Positions 11,975-23,933 of a DNA stretch of 54,066 bases are shown here, piece by piece; the stretch's first letter is position 1; each line of letters starts with the position of its first letter. This stretch comes from Chiloscyllium plagiosum (taxonomy: Eukaryota), in NCBI RefSeq assembly GCF_004010195.1, contig NC_057719.1, positions 54,801,844-54,855,909 on the forward strand, written 5' to 3'. Position numbers and translations under genes: made by a program. The notes under the pieces were generated by a model, which had not been told where the DNA came from, ran no database searches, and was given only the letters and a program-made list of their open reading frames with translations.

Positions 11975-12680
11975 GTTAGTACAGAGATGGTGCCAAACGG
12001 TATGATGCAGGGTGTTCTCAATGTGAAGAATGGGATATTGTATCCAGAATGACTGTATACTGCTCAATCTTACTGATACAATCATAGACAGATGCACTTG
12101 CGGCAGGTAGATCGGTGAGGCTGAGATCAAATATTTCTTTCCTTCCTGTTGATTCACTCAACATTGACTGCAGACCCAGTATAGGACTTACATCCTTTCG
12201 GACATAATTGGTGCTAATTCATGCCACTCTTAATAATCGAAGTTGAAGTCTCCCACTAGATGACATTCTGTGCCTTTGACACAGTCAATGCTTTCTCCAA
12301 CTGATGTTCAACAAGAAAGAATACATGCTGTCTGTGTGTGTGATACATGACAATTTTCTTGCCCATATTTGCCCTGATGCTATTAGCATTCATGGAGTCC
12401 AGAGTCAATGTTGAAGACTCCCAGAACAGCTTCAGTAAACCATTGTGCTGCCACCTCTGTTGGGTTTGTATGTACCCAGCAACATGGTTTGGAAGGTGTG
12501 GTTGCATGAGCATGACCATTGACTAACAGGTCTGTGAGACAACTCTCCCAATTGTTCCACTACCATACAGATATTAGTAAGGAGACTTTGCAGTTACGAG
12601 TCTCTGTCTACTGTTCTCATTTCCAGGACCTTAGTCTACCTGTTTCATTCCTTTCCTTAGGCAGTTTGAAAGAGCTGTTA
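11975..12680 (-). mobile_element. Second LINE family (CR1/L2-type), endonuclease-region remnant
   Basis: gacagatgcacttgcggcaggtagatcggtgaggctgagatcaa..tgcagacccagt..ctgtgagacaactctcccaatt; recalled similarity only. Confidence 0.55.
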
Positions 12681-13084
12681 AGAATCAATGACATTACTAT
12701 GGTTTTAAAGTCAGATATTGTTCAGATCAGGAAAGGATCACTATTTCCCTCTGTGAACGTTATTTGTGAACTAAATGGAATTTCATTATATTGTTTCATG
12801 GTCATCATTAGACTATATTGAGTTTAAATTACATCATCTGTCGTGATGGGTTTCAAACCTCGATTCACAGAACATTATCAATATCTACTGACTGCTTTTC
12901 CAGAAACAACACCACTACACCATCACTTTCCTAGTAAAAGCTATCATGGATGATCTGCTATTCCATGGATGTGGAGATACAATGGAAGAAACAACAAACA
13001 AACAACAGTCGCTAAGAATGATCAGCATCGAGATCAAGCTCTCCAGATTAACCTGAATCTGAAGAAAAAAGCAAATAAATTTGA

Positions 13085-13597
13085 AGTGGTGTAGTGGACA
13101 GCAAAGAAGGTTATATCAGAGTACAACAAGATCTTGACCAGATGGGCCAATGGGCTAAGGAGGGGCAGATGGTGTTTAATTTAGATAAATGAGAGGTGCT
13201 GCATTTTGGAAAGGCAAATCAGGACAGAACTTATACACTTAATGAAAAGGGGGTGTTGCTGAGCAAAGAGACCTTGGAGTGCAAGTTCACAGCTCCTTGA
13301 AAGTGCAGTTGCACGTAAATAGGATAGTGAAGAAGGCATTTGGTATGCTGGTCATTGCATTGAGTAGAGGAGTTGAGAGGTCATATTGTGGCTCTATCGG
13401 ACATTGGTTCGGCCATGTTTGGAATACTGCATGCAGTTCTGGTCTCCCTGTTACAGGAAGGATGTTGTGAAACTTGAAAAGATTCAGAAAAGATTTACAA
13501 GCATGTTGTCAAGATTGGAGGATTGGAGCTATAGGGAGAGGCTGACTAGGCTGGGACTGTTTTCCCTAGAGCATTGGAGGCTGAAGTGTGAACCTAA
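13085..13597 (+). mobile_element. CR1 fragment, 5' part of a split copy
   Basis: LYRTLVRPCLEYCMQFWSPCYRKDVVKLEKIQKRFT; continues at 15313. Confidence 0.9.
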
Positions 13598-15312
13598 ATA
13601 GAGTCATAGAGTCATAGAGATGTACAGCATGGAAACAGACCCTTCAGTCCAACCCGTCCATGCCGACCAGATATCCCAACCCAATCTAGTCCCACCAGCC
13701 AGCACCCGACCCATATCCCTCCAAACCCTTCCTATTCATATACCCATCCAAATGCCTCTTAAATGTTGCAATTGTATNNNNNNNNNNNNNNNNNNNNNNN
13801 NNNNNNNNNNNNNNNNNNNNNNNNNNNNNNNNNNNNNNNNNNNNNNNNNNNNNNNNNNNNNNNNNNNNNNNNNNNNNNNNNNNNNNNNNNNNNNNNNNNN
13901 NNNNNNNNNNNNNNNNNNNNNNNNNNNNNNNNNNNNNNNNNNNNNNNNNNNNNNNNNNNNNNNNNNNNNNNNNNNNNNNNNNNNNNNNNNNNNNNNNNNN
14001 NNNNNNNNNNNNNNNNNNNNNNNNNNNNNNNNNNNNNNNNNNNNNNNNNNNNNNNNNNNNNNNNNNNNNNNNNNNNNNNNNNNNNNNNNNNNNNNNNNNN
14101 NNNNNNNNNNNNNNNNNNNNNNNNNNNNNNNNNNNNNNNNNNNNACTTCTCAGCCCATTGGCCCATCTGGTCCAGATCCTGTTGTAATCTGAGGTAACCC
14201 ACTTCGCTGTCCACTACACCTCCAATTTTGGTGCCATCTGCAAACCTACTAACTGTACCTCTTATGCTCGCAGCCAAATCATTTATGTAAATGACAAAAA
14301 ATAAAGGACCCAGCACCGATCCTTGTGGCACTCCACTGGTCACAGGCCTCCAGTCTGAAAAACAACCCTCCACCACCACCACCCTCTGTCTTCTACCTTT
14401 GAGGCAGTTCTATATCCAAATGATTAGTTTTCCCTGTATTCCCTGAGCTCTAACCTTGCTAACCAGTCTTCCATGGGGAACCTTTTTGAATGCCTTACTG
14501 AACTCCATATAGATCATATCTACTGCTCTGCCCTCATCAATCCTCTTTGTTACTTCCTCAAAAAACTCAATCAAGTTTGTGAGACATGATTTCCCATGCA
14601 TAAAGCCATGTTGACTATCCCTTATCAGTCTTTGCCTTTCCAAATACATGTGCATCCTGTCCCTCAGGATTCCCTCCAACAACTTGCCCACCACCGACAT
14701 CAGGCTCACTGGTCTATAGTTCCCTGGCTTGTCCTTACCACACTTCTTGAATAGTGGCACCACGTTAGCCAACCTCCAGTCTTTCAGCACTTCACCTGTG
14801 ACTATCGATGATATAAATCTCAGCAAGAGGCCCAGCAATCACTTCTCTAGCTTCCCACAGAGTTCTAGGGTACACCTAATCAGGTCCTGGGGATTTATCC
14901 ACCTTTACCCGTTTCAAGACATCCAGCATTTTCTCTCTGTAATATGGACATTTTACAAGATGTCACCATCTATTTCCCTACAGTCTATATCTTCCGTATC
15001 CTTTTCCACTGTAAATACTGATGCAAAATACTCATTTAGTATCTCCCCCATTTTCTGTGGCTCCACATAAAGGCTGATCTTTGAGGGGCCCTATTCTCTC
15101 CCTAGTTACCCTTTTATCCTTAATGTATTTGTAAAAACTCTTTGGTTTCTCCTTAACTCTATTTGCCAAAGCATGTCCCCTTTTTGCCCTCCCGATTTCC
15201 CTCTTAAGTATACTCCTACTTCCTTTGTACTCTTCTAAGGATGCACTTGAAATCTCTTGTCTATACCTGACATATGTTTCCTTCTTTTTCTTAACCAAAC
15301 GCTCAATTTCTA
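13598..15312 (-). mobile_element. CR1 LINE inserted antisense in another CR1 (spans the gap)
   Basis: RT peptides GNYRPVSLMSVVGKLLEGIL, SQHGF..KSCLTNLIEFFEEV, VTSGVPQGSVLGPLFF; (ctatgact)n tail on minus strand at 13598-13620. Confidence 0.95.
13778..14144. other. Assembly gap, 367 N
   Basis: Run of n. Confidence 1.
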
Positions 15313-15652
15313 AGATGTTTATAAAACCATGAGGGCATTGATAGGATGGGGGAGACCAAAACTAGGTTTAAGGTGAGAGGGGAAAGATGTATAAGAGACC
15401 TAATGGGCAGGTTTTTCATGCAGAGTGTGGTGCATGTGTGGAATCACCTACCAGAGGAAGTGGTGAAGGTTGATACAATTACAATATTTAAAATATTGTA
15501 ATATTTAAAAGGTATCTGGATGGGTATATGAATAGGAAAGGTTCAGAGGATATGGGCCATATGCTGGTAAATGGGACTAGATTAATTTAGCATATCTGGT
15601 CAGCATGGACCAGTTGGAATGAAGGGTCTGTTTCCATACTTTACAGCTCTCT
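15313..15652 (+). mobile_element. CR1 fragment, 3' part of the split copy
   Basis: Resumes gtttataaaaccatgagggcattgatagg; ends gaagggtctgtttccatactttacagctctctga. Confidence 0.88.
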
Positions 15653-15884
15653 GATTTTATTGCTAAAGTCAGTGCTGACAGCAAAAGGGATTTCACTCAT
15701 ATTCTGACAACGTGAGAGCTTTCTTATAGATTCAGTGACCAACAGATGTGAAAGTAGTGCTTTCAATTGTTGTATTTGTGAACTACCTAGCAACATTTTT
15801 GCCCAATTTTTCAATAATGTGTGAACATTTGCCCAGTCTGTACATTGGCATTGCAGCATAATTTTCACTCGAATCAAACAATTA

Positions 15885-16220
15885 ACAATGGCAACGCTCA
15901 TGTATTGCAACCTCAATGCTGATATCACCTTATAGTGTGATACCAGTGAGACAGGACTTGGAGTAATCCTTATGCAGCAAAGACATTTGCATCCAGGTCA
16001 CTAACACAATCATTGAGAAAGTATGCCTGGCTGTTATCTTGTTTGTGAATATATTCATCAATATCAGTTTGGGAGAGACAAAGTGACAAGTGAGTCTCAC
16101 AACAAGTCATGCAGAAACATCTTTCTCAAATTGTTTCTATCTGCTCCAAATCACATGCAAAGAAAGTTGCTTCATTTGCAGATACGCCATTTGAAAGTGA
16201 GATGCAGTCAGTGAAGTAAG
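15885..16220 (+). pseudogene. Ty3/Gypsy pol RNase H-domain fossil
   Basis: ITL*CDTSETGLGVILMQQ..FASRSLTQ..IEKVCLAV..CEYIHQYQFGRDKVT..SAPNHMQRKLLHLQ, matching CDASxxGLG / FASRSL / IEKExLA motifs in order. Confidence 0.85.
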
Positions 16221-18059
16221 TGTTGAAAGCAGGAGGAAAATTGAGCATACCAGAAGACAGGGCAACATTTTCTAGGTTTGTTATGAAACAGCAGCAGAAC
16301 ATGTTCTGGAAATCATCAACCCAGCAGGGGCATTAAATTTGAAAGACCAGCATCTTGTTCTGATCTAGCACTCACCTTTGGAATGATACTCAATGGAGAT
16401 GGAATATCATCCTAGGGATGAGCAGAATAGCAGACAAACTGTGAACACAAATTGCCATATGAACCTTTAAAAGATTTGAACATTTTAGAAGTTACAGCTG
16501 CAATGCAGCGACTGACAAATGTGGGACTGACCAGAGTTAACTCAAGGTCGAATTTTCTCCTCTTTTGCATGGCATGGGAAATGACAGGAAAGTTGGAAAA
16601 ATACAGTGAGAATCAATAAAAAAAGTTCAGAACTCTGACATCAAAACAGATGTTCAAATTTTCCTCTTAAATTTTAAATGGCAACTTCAGAATGCCACTG
16701 TTGAATGGAGTCCATGCAGTTGCATCTCATTGTTAACCCAACTCACCTTATGTCCACACCACTTCCAATTGTCCTCTCTTTCTGTGAGAAACATGATGGA
16801 ACAAATTCCTGACATGAAGGTCAGAGTGGGTACCTAGTGGTTCAGCTTACCAAATGCTTATACCAGCCATTATCCAACTGTGTGTGCAGCTCCAAGTCCC
16901 TCCATGATCCAGGGCCACCATTCTCCTCAGCCCTTCAACTCGAGAAGTCAGCATGGCTACTCAGCAACCCACTCACACATCGCTTCATCCCTTCAACACT
17001 TTGGAGCTTAGGGACTCCGAGGAACTGAATGTTTGTGCTGGTTGCTCTTCTGAGAGAGATGCATGTATATCTCATGCATTGCAAGTCTCTTAAGATTGCT
17101 ACCTTTGGAGACCACTGCAGTTCAAGGGAGGCTGGTCATTCGAAATGTTCATTGTATATTCTCAGCATTTAAAAAACTGATAGAACAAATCTTTCCCTGC
17201 AGATATGTGGAATCCTCACTGATTCCTCACTCTCATTCACTTTCCTATGGCTGGGCAAATAGAATGCCACTGGAGATTTTATCCTGCCCAGTAAACCTGA
17301 TGGTTTACTGTTGGATTTTCTTTGTCAGTTTTCCTACCTTCCTGTCCATAACCGATTGACCCCAAAATCTTTCCATTTTAGGATGCAGGTTTTTGTCATG
17401 TTATAGATGTAGATCTATATCTATAAGAAGGTGGGTAAGACTGTCTGAAGCTGTTCACTTAGAATTTTTACAGACAGCTATTAGGATTCTTTTGTTCATC
17501 AGTTTGATTTGCATTAGCAATGTCACCAAGGTGAAAATGTAGCAACTCATTATGCTAACTCAATTTCCCATATGCTTGATTTGTGAGAGATTTTCACAAT
17601 GCCTCAGAATGACACCCAGAGGGAGGCAGATAACTGATAAACATAAGATGAGAATGACTGATGTGATTGAGAGCTATGGCAGAGAAAAGATTAAAAAGAA
17701 CCATTATGTCTGCTAGCAATGAGCCATGATCAATAAAAACATTTTGTACTGAAAGCATGCTATGAACATTGTGCAGAATACAACAAGAATATCATCATTA
17801 AGCTTCTCCTAAGCAAGCCATTCATTCCCTCAGACTTTAATAGGTTTTTTTTTCCCTTTCTTCAATCATTATTTAGGAAGATACATACAGATGTAATGCC
17901 CAGAGAAGCAGATAACCTAGTTTGAGTTGATTATATGGCATCTTTGAATACAATCATTCTACTGATTAAATATCTTCAAAGCAAGTTATATCATCAGGTC
18001 TTTCTTTTTATTCTTTGTCTAACAGCTCATCACTTATATAATAACAACAAAATAATTGG

Positions 18060-18630
18060 TTTCCTATAGCTAACATGTTTGATTTGTTTATGGGTTGCCG
18101 GCATTGCTGCTTATGCCAGCCTCTACTGCCAATCTCCAGTTGCCCCTCAGAAGAAAGTGCTGTATTGCCTTCTTGAGAAGTTGTAGCCACATAGGGTAGA
18201 TACACGCTCAACGCTTTTAGCAAGAGAGTTCCAAGAATATTAACCCTGCATCGTTGAAGCAATGGATATACAGTTCCAATTCAAATGATGTGTTTGTTGG
18301 AGTGGAAATTGGAGGTTGAGGTGCTCACATACATCTGAAGGTTTAGAAGGTGCTGTTGAAGGGTCCTTGGTGAATTAATGCAGTGCATCTTGCAGATGAT
18401 ATACACTGCTGCCTCTTTGCCTCAGTGGTGGAAGCAGTCATTTTCAAGGTTGTATATGGGCTTTCCAATAAAGTAGACTGGTTTGTTCTCGATGCTGTCA
18501 ATCCTCTTGATTATTGCTAGAGCTGCACTCATCCAGGCAATTGTAGAGACACTTAGATCACACTCCTGACTTGCGCCTTGTAGATGATGGACAGGCTTTA
18601 GGAGGTCAGGGTCTCTGATCATCTCTTGCA
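18060..18630 (-). mobile_element. Second LINE family 3' end
   Basis: Homologous to 49245-49800 and, inverted, to 20320-20440 and 21890-22045 (gctgcactcatccaggcaa, ttgtagatgatggacaggcttt). Confidence 0.7.
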
Positions 18631-19379
18631 GCTGAAGTACTTATATGCACAGTATTTAACTTGTCAAGTTAAACAGAAGCACAATTATATTGATAACTGA
18701 AGGTAAGATTTCTCATTGTCAAGTTAATAGGCATTTCCCAATGTCTTCAACAGACTAGTATTTTGAATTAGTTAGACTCCAGTTGCTAGCCTTTTGGAAT
18801 GACAGTGTAGCAGTTTATGAGTGCTCCATGCTAAATGTTAAAAATTCTGGGAGTTTATGAAAATGCAGAATTGATAGGAAGGAAAATATTAGCGGATCCA
18901 TCAAGATTTCCACATATGGAGAGGGGCGCATGAATAAAATACTTCTCCAAAACCGAAGACCCTCATCCCCAATTCATGTTTTTCATTTTATAAGGTTAAA
19001 TTATTAAAGATAACCTGTGTTTGTGAGAAAGTTCTGGATTTCTAGTAGTGGAAAGCGGTGCAGCAATGTTAGTTCTTATTTTCACTTCAGCATTAATTAA
19101 GTGGATATGGTCCGTGACATTTTTTGAGAATCTGCTTTAAGTCGAGTCAGCACCAGGCCAGTGATAACCATACTTCACACAAACAGCTCACAGATAGAGA
19201 CGTTGGAATGTTTATCAGGCCAACTGTTCATTGATTGTGGCAGAGTCCAGAATGTGATTGCAATAGGAAATGCTGGAGCCTTTGCAAAGAATGCTGTGGG
19301 GTTGACCCAGATCGGCCTCCTCCTGAGATTACAGATATCCGCCTTTAGCCAATTTGATTCACACTACATGGTATCCAAA

Positions 19380-20518
19380 AACCTCTGAGCACAGTAGGTA
19401 CAGCAATGACAATGGGCTCCAGCAATATCTGAGCTGAATCCTTGTGCTTGAGAACTAGCCATGCCAATAGTCAAGCTGTGCTACTACAACAGCAACACGA
19501 GTCTCTTCCCAACAAAACAGAAAATTGCCCACATTTGTCTGGACCACAAAAATCAGAATAATTCCAAACTGGTGAATTGGAACCCCATCAACTTATTGTC
19601 CATTTTCAAAACAAAGTGGATGGAAAGGATTATTGACAGTAATATCAACTCAGACTTATTCACCAATAATTTGTTCACGGGTGCTCAGTTTGGCTTCTGC
19701 CTAGGGCACTCTTCATTATGGTCTACAAATGAACGTTTCCAGTGGTGATGTGAGTGATAGCCCTTCACATCAAGGCAATACTTGCCCTAGTGGAATTGAG
19801 GTCACTGAGAATCAAGGCAAAAGCCTGCCACTGACTGAAGTCACACCTTGGAAAAAGGAAAATGACAGCATTATTGGAGTTTAAACACCTCAGCTCTGAG
19901 CAATCATTGTAGAAATCTCTCAGTCCCTTTTACCTTCAATTACTTCATGACAGGCCTTCTACCATCTTTCATCATAAGTTTAGAAGTGGGGTTTTTTGCA
20001 ACATCTATTTGCATTCACAACTCTTTAAATGGTTGAAATAGAACCTCAAATAACACTCAGGCTTTAATTGATAAATGGGAAGTAACATTTACGGTATAAA
20101 AGTGTCAGGCAAGGGCACCTCCAATAAGAAAAAGTGAAAACATGTCTCCTCGATTCAATGACATTCCTGAATAGCCTACTATTAACATCCTCAGCATCAC
20201 TATTAACCAGAAACCTAACTGGATGATTCATGTAAGTGCTGTTGCTGAAAGAGTCAGTGAGAAGTATTATATTCTGCGTTGAATAATTCACCTGTAAATT
20301 TTCCAAACCTTTTCTGCTATTTACAAGGCACAAGACCAGAATGTATTGTGATTTGTTCTACTTTTGTCTGGTGAGTGCAGCTGCAACATTATTGAAGAAG
20401 TTTGGCCCTATTCAAGTCAAAGGAACCCATTTGATTGACACACTCTAAACATGCACTCCCTCATTTCAATGCACCCAGCTGCAAGTTTCATTTCAACTCC
20501 TCAAAACCTCTTTCAAAC
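19380..20518 (+). mobile_element. Second LINE family RT remnant
   Basis: Peptide PINLLSIFKTKWMERII..LFTNNLFTGAQFGF matches the YRPISLLS..SKxME..QFGF RT motifs. Confidence 0.7.
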
Positions 20519-20562
20519 CCCACTCTCAACTCTGATCTCCAGCATCTCCTCACTTTCTCCCA

Positions 20563-21548
20563 GTACTCCAGACCATCGTCAACACCTTTACGTCAACATC
20601 TTTACGGAGGCATATAGGAGCATGGATCACACCCTGAATATCAGGAAGATGAAGGTCCTTCATCAACATGGCCTGACCTTGTGAAGCAAACTCCCAAAAC
20701 ATCAAGGTCCATGGGGAGGCCTTAGAGAATGCTGACCACTTCCAAAACCTCGCAAGTGTCCTGTCGGCCAAAGCCACTATTGATGAAGAGATCCAGCATC
20801 ACCCCTAGTGTGCTAGCTCAGTCTTCAGCCACATGAGGAAAAGGGTGTTCAAGGACAACAACATCAGATCCAACACCAAGTTCAAGGTTTACAGAGCTGT
20901 GGTGGTTCCCACCCTCCTATGTGGCTCTGAGACCTATATGGTACTGTCGGCAGCAGACACCTCAAGGCACTGAAGAAGTACCACCAGCGCTGCCCATGCA
21001 AGATCCTGTGAATCTGCTGGGAAGAAAAGTGCACTAATACCTGCATTCTTGATCAGGCCGACATCCCCAGCATCAAGGTAGTGACACCCCACCCCACCCC
21101 CAACCCCTTAATCAGTTATGATGGGCTGGGCACGTCGACTGACTCATGACTCCCCAAGAGGTGCTCTATCCCAGCTTCAAAATGGCAGGTGAGCTCCAGA
21201 TGGCCAGAGGAAGCGCTTCAGTGATATCTGCAAGGCCTCACTGGTGAAGAGCAACATTCCCACAGATACCTGCAAATCACTGGCCCAAGACTGTCCAAAG
21301 TGGAGAAAGATCATCTAGCAAAGCAGCTCGAGACTTGCTGTTGGGGAGAAAATGGAAGCCAGGCAAAAACAATGAAAGGAGTGTACCACCACACCAATAC
21401 TGCACCCACCCCTTCCCGTGAACACCTTCTTCCCCAAGTATGACAGATTCTGCGGTAGCCACATCAGTCTGTGCAGCCAACCTATAGGCTCACCCTGACA
21501 GTGAAAGAGAGTCATCCTCGTTTGTGAGGGATCACCGATGATGATGAT
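20563..21548 (+). mobile_element. RTE-clade (BovB/RTE-like) LINE 3' fragment
   Basis: VNIFTEAYRSMDHTLNIRKMKVLHQ, ALENADHF, TIDEEIQH, RKRVFKDNNIRSNTKFKVYRAVVVPTLLCGSET; (gat)n tail. Confidence 0.9.
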
Positions 21549-21550
21549 CT

Positions 21551-21722
21551 GTGCTAGAAAAATGCAGAAGGTCAGGCAGCATCCAAGGAGCAGGAGAATC
21601 AATGTTTCAGGCATAAGCCCTTCATCAGGAATCAAATGAAGGGCTTATGCCCAAAACGTTGATTCTCCTGCTCCTCGGATGCTGCCTGATCTGCTGTGCC
21701 TTTCCAGCACCACACTCTCGAC
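21551..21722. mobile_element. Palindromic Penelope-like tail with hammerhead core on minus strand
   Basis: Arms 21551-21625 / 21636-21710, 10-nt loop; minus strand ctgatgaagggcttatgcctgaaacatt. Confidence 0.88.
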
Positions 21723-22050
21723 GATGGTCTGCAGTAACTCAAACTAATGTTGCCTCAAAATAATAGTAATCCTTTTCCCTCCAAGCCTGTAACTCTGGTA
21801 CATGACAGCAGCAGCTATATTTGTGTGTGACTTGTTGTGGTGCTCCATCTTATCTTATAACTATATCATCATTCATTGTCATTGGTGAAAATCCTGGAAA
21901 TCCCCTACTAATCAGCATTGTAAATGTATCATCACCATATGGATAAATGTAATTCCAGAAAGCAGCTCACAAACAGCTTTTGATATGCAAAGGGATGGCA
22001 ATAAATGTTAGCCCTGCCAGCTCTCCGCACATCCTATCATTAATATTATA
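21723..22050 (+). mobile_element. Second LINE family 3' tail
   Basis: aaaatcctggaaatccctac..agcagctcac..gggatggcaataaatgttagccctgccag. Confidence 0.65.
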
Positions 22051-22137
22051 AAAGAAAATTAAACTGGTATATAAGGTGTTATTTCTTTGGTAATATCCCA
22101 TGTGAAGTAACAGGCAGGAAGATGAGCTGAACAAGAC

Positions 22138-22352
22138 ACCAGATTCTCCATTGTAGAAGTACAAATGGTTATTGTTTAGTTGTGCTGCAAGAACAAAGAT
22201 CTTTTCCTCTAATGGATGATGGTTATGAGAGCAATTTGTCAACAGATTTGGAGAGAGGTAACAGACCATCAAAATACTAGCATCAATGCCTCCAGGGCCT
22301 GGCTAAAGTACAGGAAACCATTTAGTGATTTAACCAGGAGTGCCAAGGTAAG
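22138..22352 (+). pseudogene. Myb/SANT-like (Harbinger ORF1 / NAIF1-MSANTD type) fossil ending at a splice-donor-like site
   Basis: RFSIVEVQMVIV*LCCKNKDLF ... IWREVTD..NASRAWLKYRKPFSDLTRSAK followed by AAG|GTAAGA at 22348; in-frame stops present. Confidence 0.65.
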
Positions 22353-22622
22353 ATATGCTCTTCAATTTTCATTTATTCTCTGCATTAGATCTATCAATCT
22401 TTCCCTCTTCCATTTCCGTTCCTTTCCAGGTTAACATGGAACGCTTTCACTGTGTCTTCTTTCTGTTGCAGTTCATACCATCAACAACTATTATTGCTAT
22501 TTCTTTCTCTTGATTATACTCACTGATTTTTTTTGAGTCATCTTGCTGACTAGCTGGTTCATGTATGTCCTTCAGGAGAGCAGAGACTAGCCCATTTACA
22601 TGATTCCTGCTGGAGAAACTAT

Positions 22623-22887
22623 GTATTAAATGTCAAAAATAAAAGCAAATTACTGCGGATGCTGGAATCTGAAACCAAAAAAGAGAAAATGCTGGAAAAT
22701 CTCAGCAAGTCTTGCAGCATTTGTAAGGAGAGAAAAGAGCTGACGTTTCGAGTCTAACTGACCATTTGTCGAAGCTTCAACAAAGGGTCAGTTAGACTCG
22801 AAACGTCAGCTCCTTTCTCTCCTTACAGATGCTGCAAGGCTTGCTAAGATTTTCCAGCATTTTCTCTTTTTTGGTATTAAATGTCAA
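22623..22887. mobile_element. 202-bp loopless palindrome of a Penelope-like tail with 13-14 bp TSD
   Basis: 22674-22774 pairs with 22775-22875 (about 6 mismatches, centre gaagcttc); TSD gtattaaatgtcaa at 22623-22636 and 22874-22887. Confidence 0.92.
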
Positions 22888-23143
22888 TGATATTTTGCAT
22901 GCTGCACCATTCCTGGAGGAATTTCTACCTTTTTAATTCCAAAAATTACTAAAATACTCTAATTCTCATTGAATTTCAAAACAAATTGAATCGGCATTCA
23001 TATTATACATTGGTTCCCTTGTGGTTAGAGGTATTCATATAATTGTTCACAAATTGTGTCTTTCTAGTGGAAGGTGTCACCCACAAAAATCTCAAGACTT
23101 CCACCAAAGTTGCATTTTCATAGAATCACAGAATCATACAGTA

Positions 23144-23815
23144 CTCTGAAAGTGGCAACACAACTGGATAACGTGGGAAAGAAAGCATATGGCATGCTTG
23201 CCTTCATCAGTCAGGGCATTGAGAATAAAAGATGGCAATTCATGTTGCAGCTGTATGAAACATTGTTCGGCCACATTTGCAGTATTGTGTGCAGTTTTGG
23301 TCACCACACTATAAGAAGGATGTGGAGTCTTTAGAGAGGGTGCAAGCAAGGTTTACCAGGATGCTGTCTGGATTGGAGTATATTAGCTACAAGGAAAGTT
23401 TGGACAAACTTAGATTGTTTTCACAAGGGCATCAGAAGCTGAAGGGGGCGACTTGAAAGAAGCATATAAAAGTATGAGAGGCATGGATGGGTTGGATAGT
23501 TAGAGTCTTTTTCCCAGGGTTCAAATGTTAATATGAGGTGCATAGGTTAAAGGTGAATGAGAGAAAGTTTAAGGGAGATATGAGAGGAAAGTTTTTTTTA
23601 ACATAGTGGTTTGTAGGTGCCTGGAATTTGCTACCGGGGAGGTGGTAAAAGCAAATATATTAGCAATTTTTAAGAGGTATATAAGCAGACAGATCAACAT
23701 GCAAGAAATAGAGGGATACCGACCACATGCAAGCAGAAGGGATTAATTCAGAATAGCATTGTGGTTAGCGTAGACATGGTGGGCCGAAAGTTTGTTCCTG
23801 TGCTCTGATTCTTGA
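23144..23815 (+). mobile_element. CR1 3' fragment nested in an antisense CR1 tail (23118-23143 + about 23817-23905)
   Basis: KKAYGMLAFISQGIENKRWQFMLQLYETL; flanks rejoin as agaatcatacagtac/agaaggggcc. Confidence 0.85.
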
Positions 23816-23933
23816 TTACAGAAGGGGCCAAATGCTTTTTAAAGATTGTGAGATTACCCGCCTCTACTACTCTCCCAGATAGTGTGCTCCAGACCCAAAA
23901 CCCTAATGGGGTCATATTTTATTGATTCATGCT

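Noticed and set aside
13620..14382. Long ORFs of 144-207 aa
   Set aside because: Artefacts of reading through the N gap; the real parts are CR1 RT.
17401..17426. 26-bp near-perfect palindrome ttatagatgtagatctatatctataa
   Set aside because: Low-complexity AT/AGAT sequence with no associated structure.
22674..22875. miRNA precursor or MITE interpretation of the palindromes
   Set aside because: Arms match Penelope tails found unpaired elsewhere, are asymmetric, and have 13-15 bp TSDs; small-RNA production is not excluded but has no support here.
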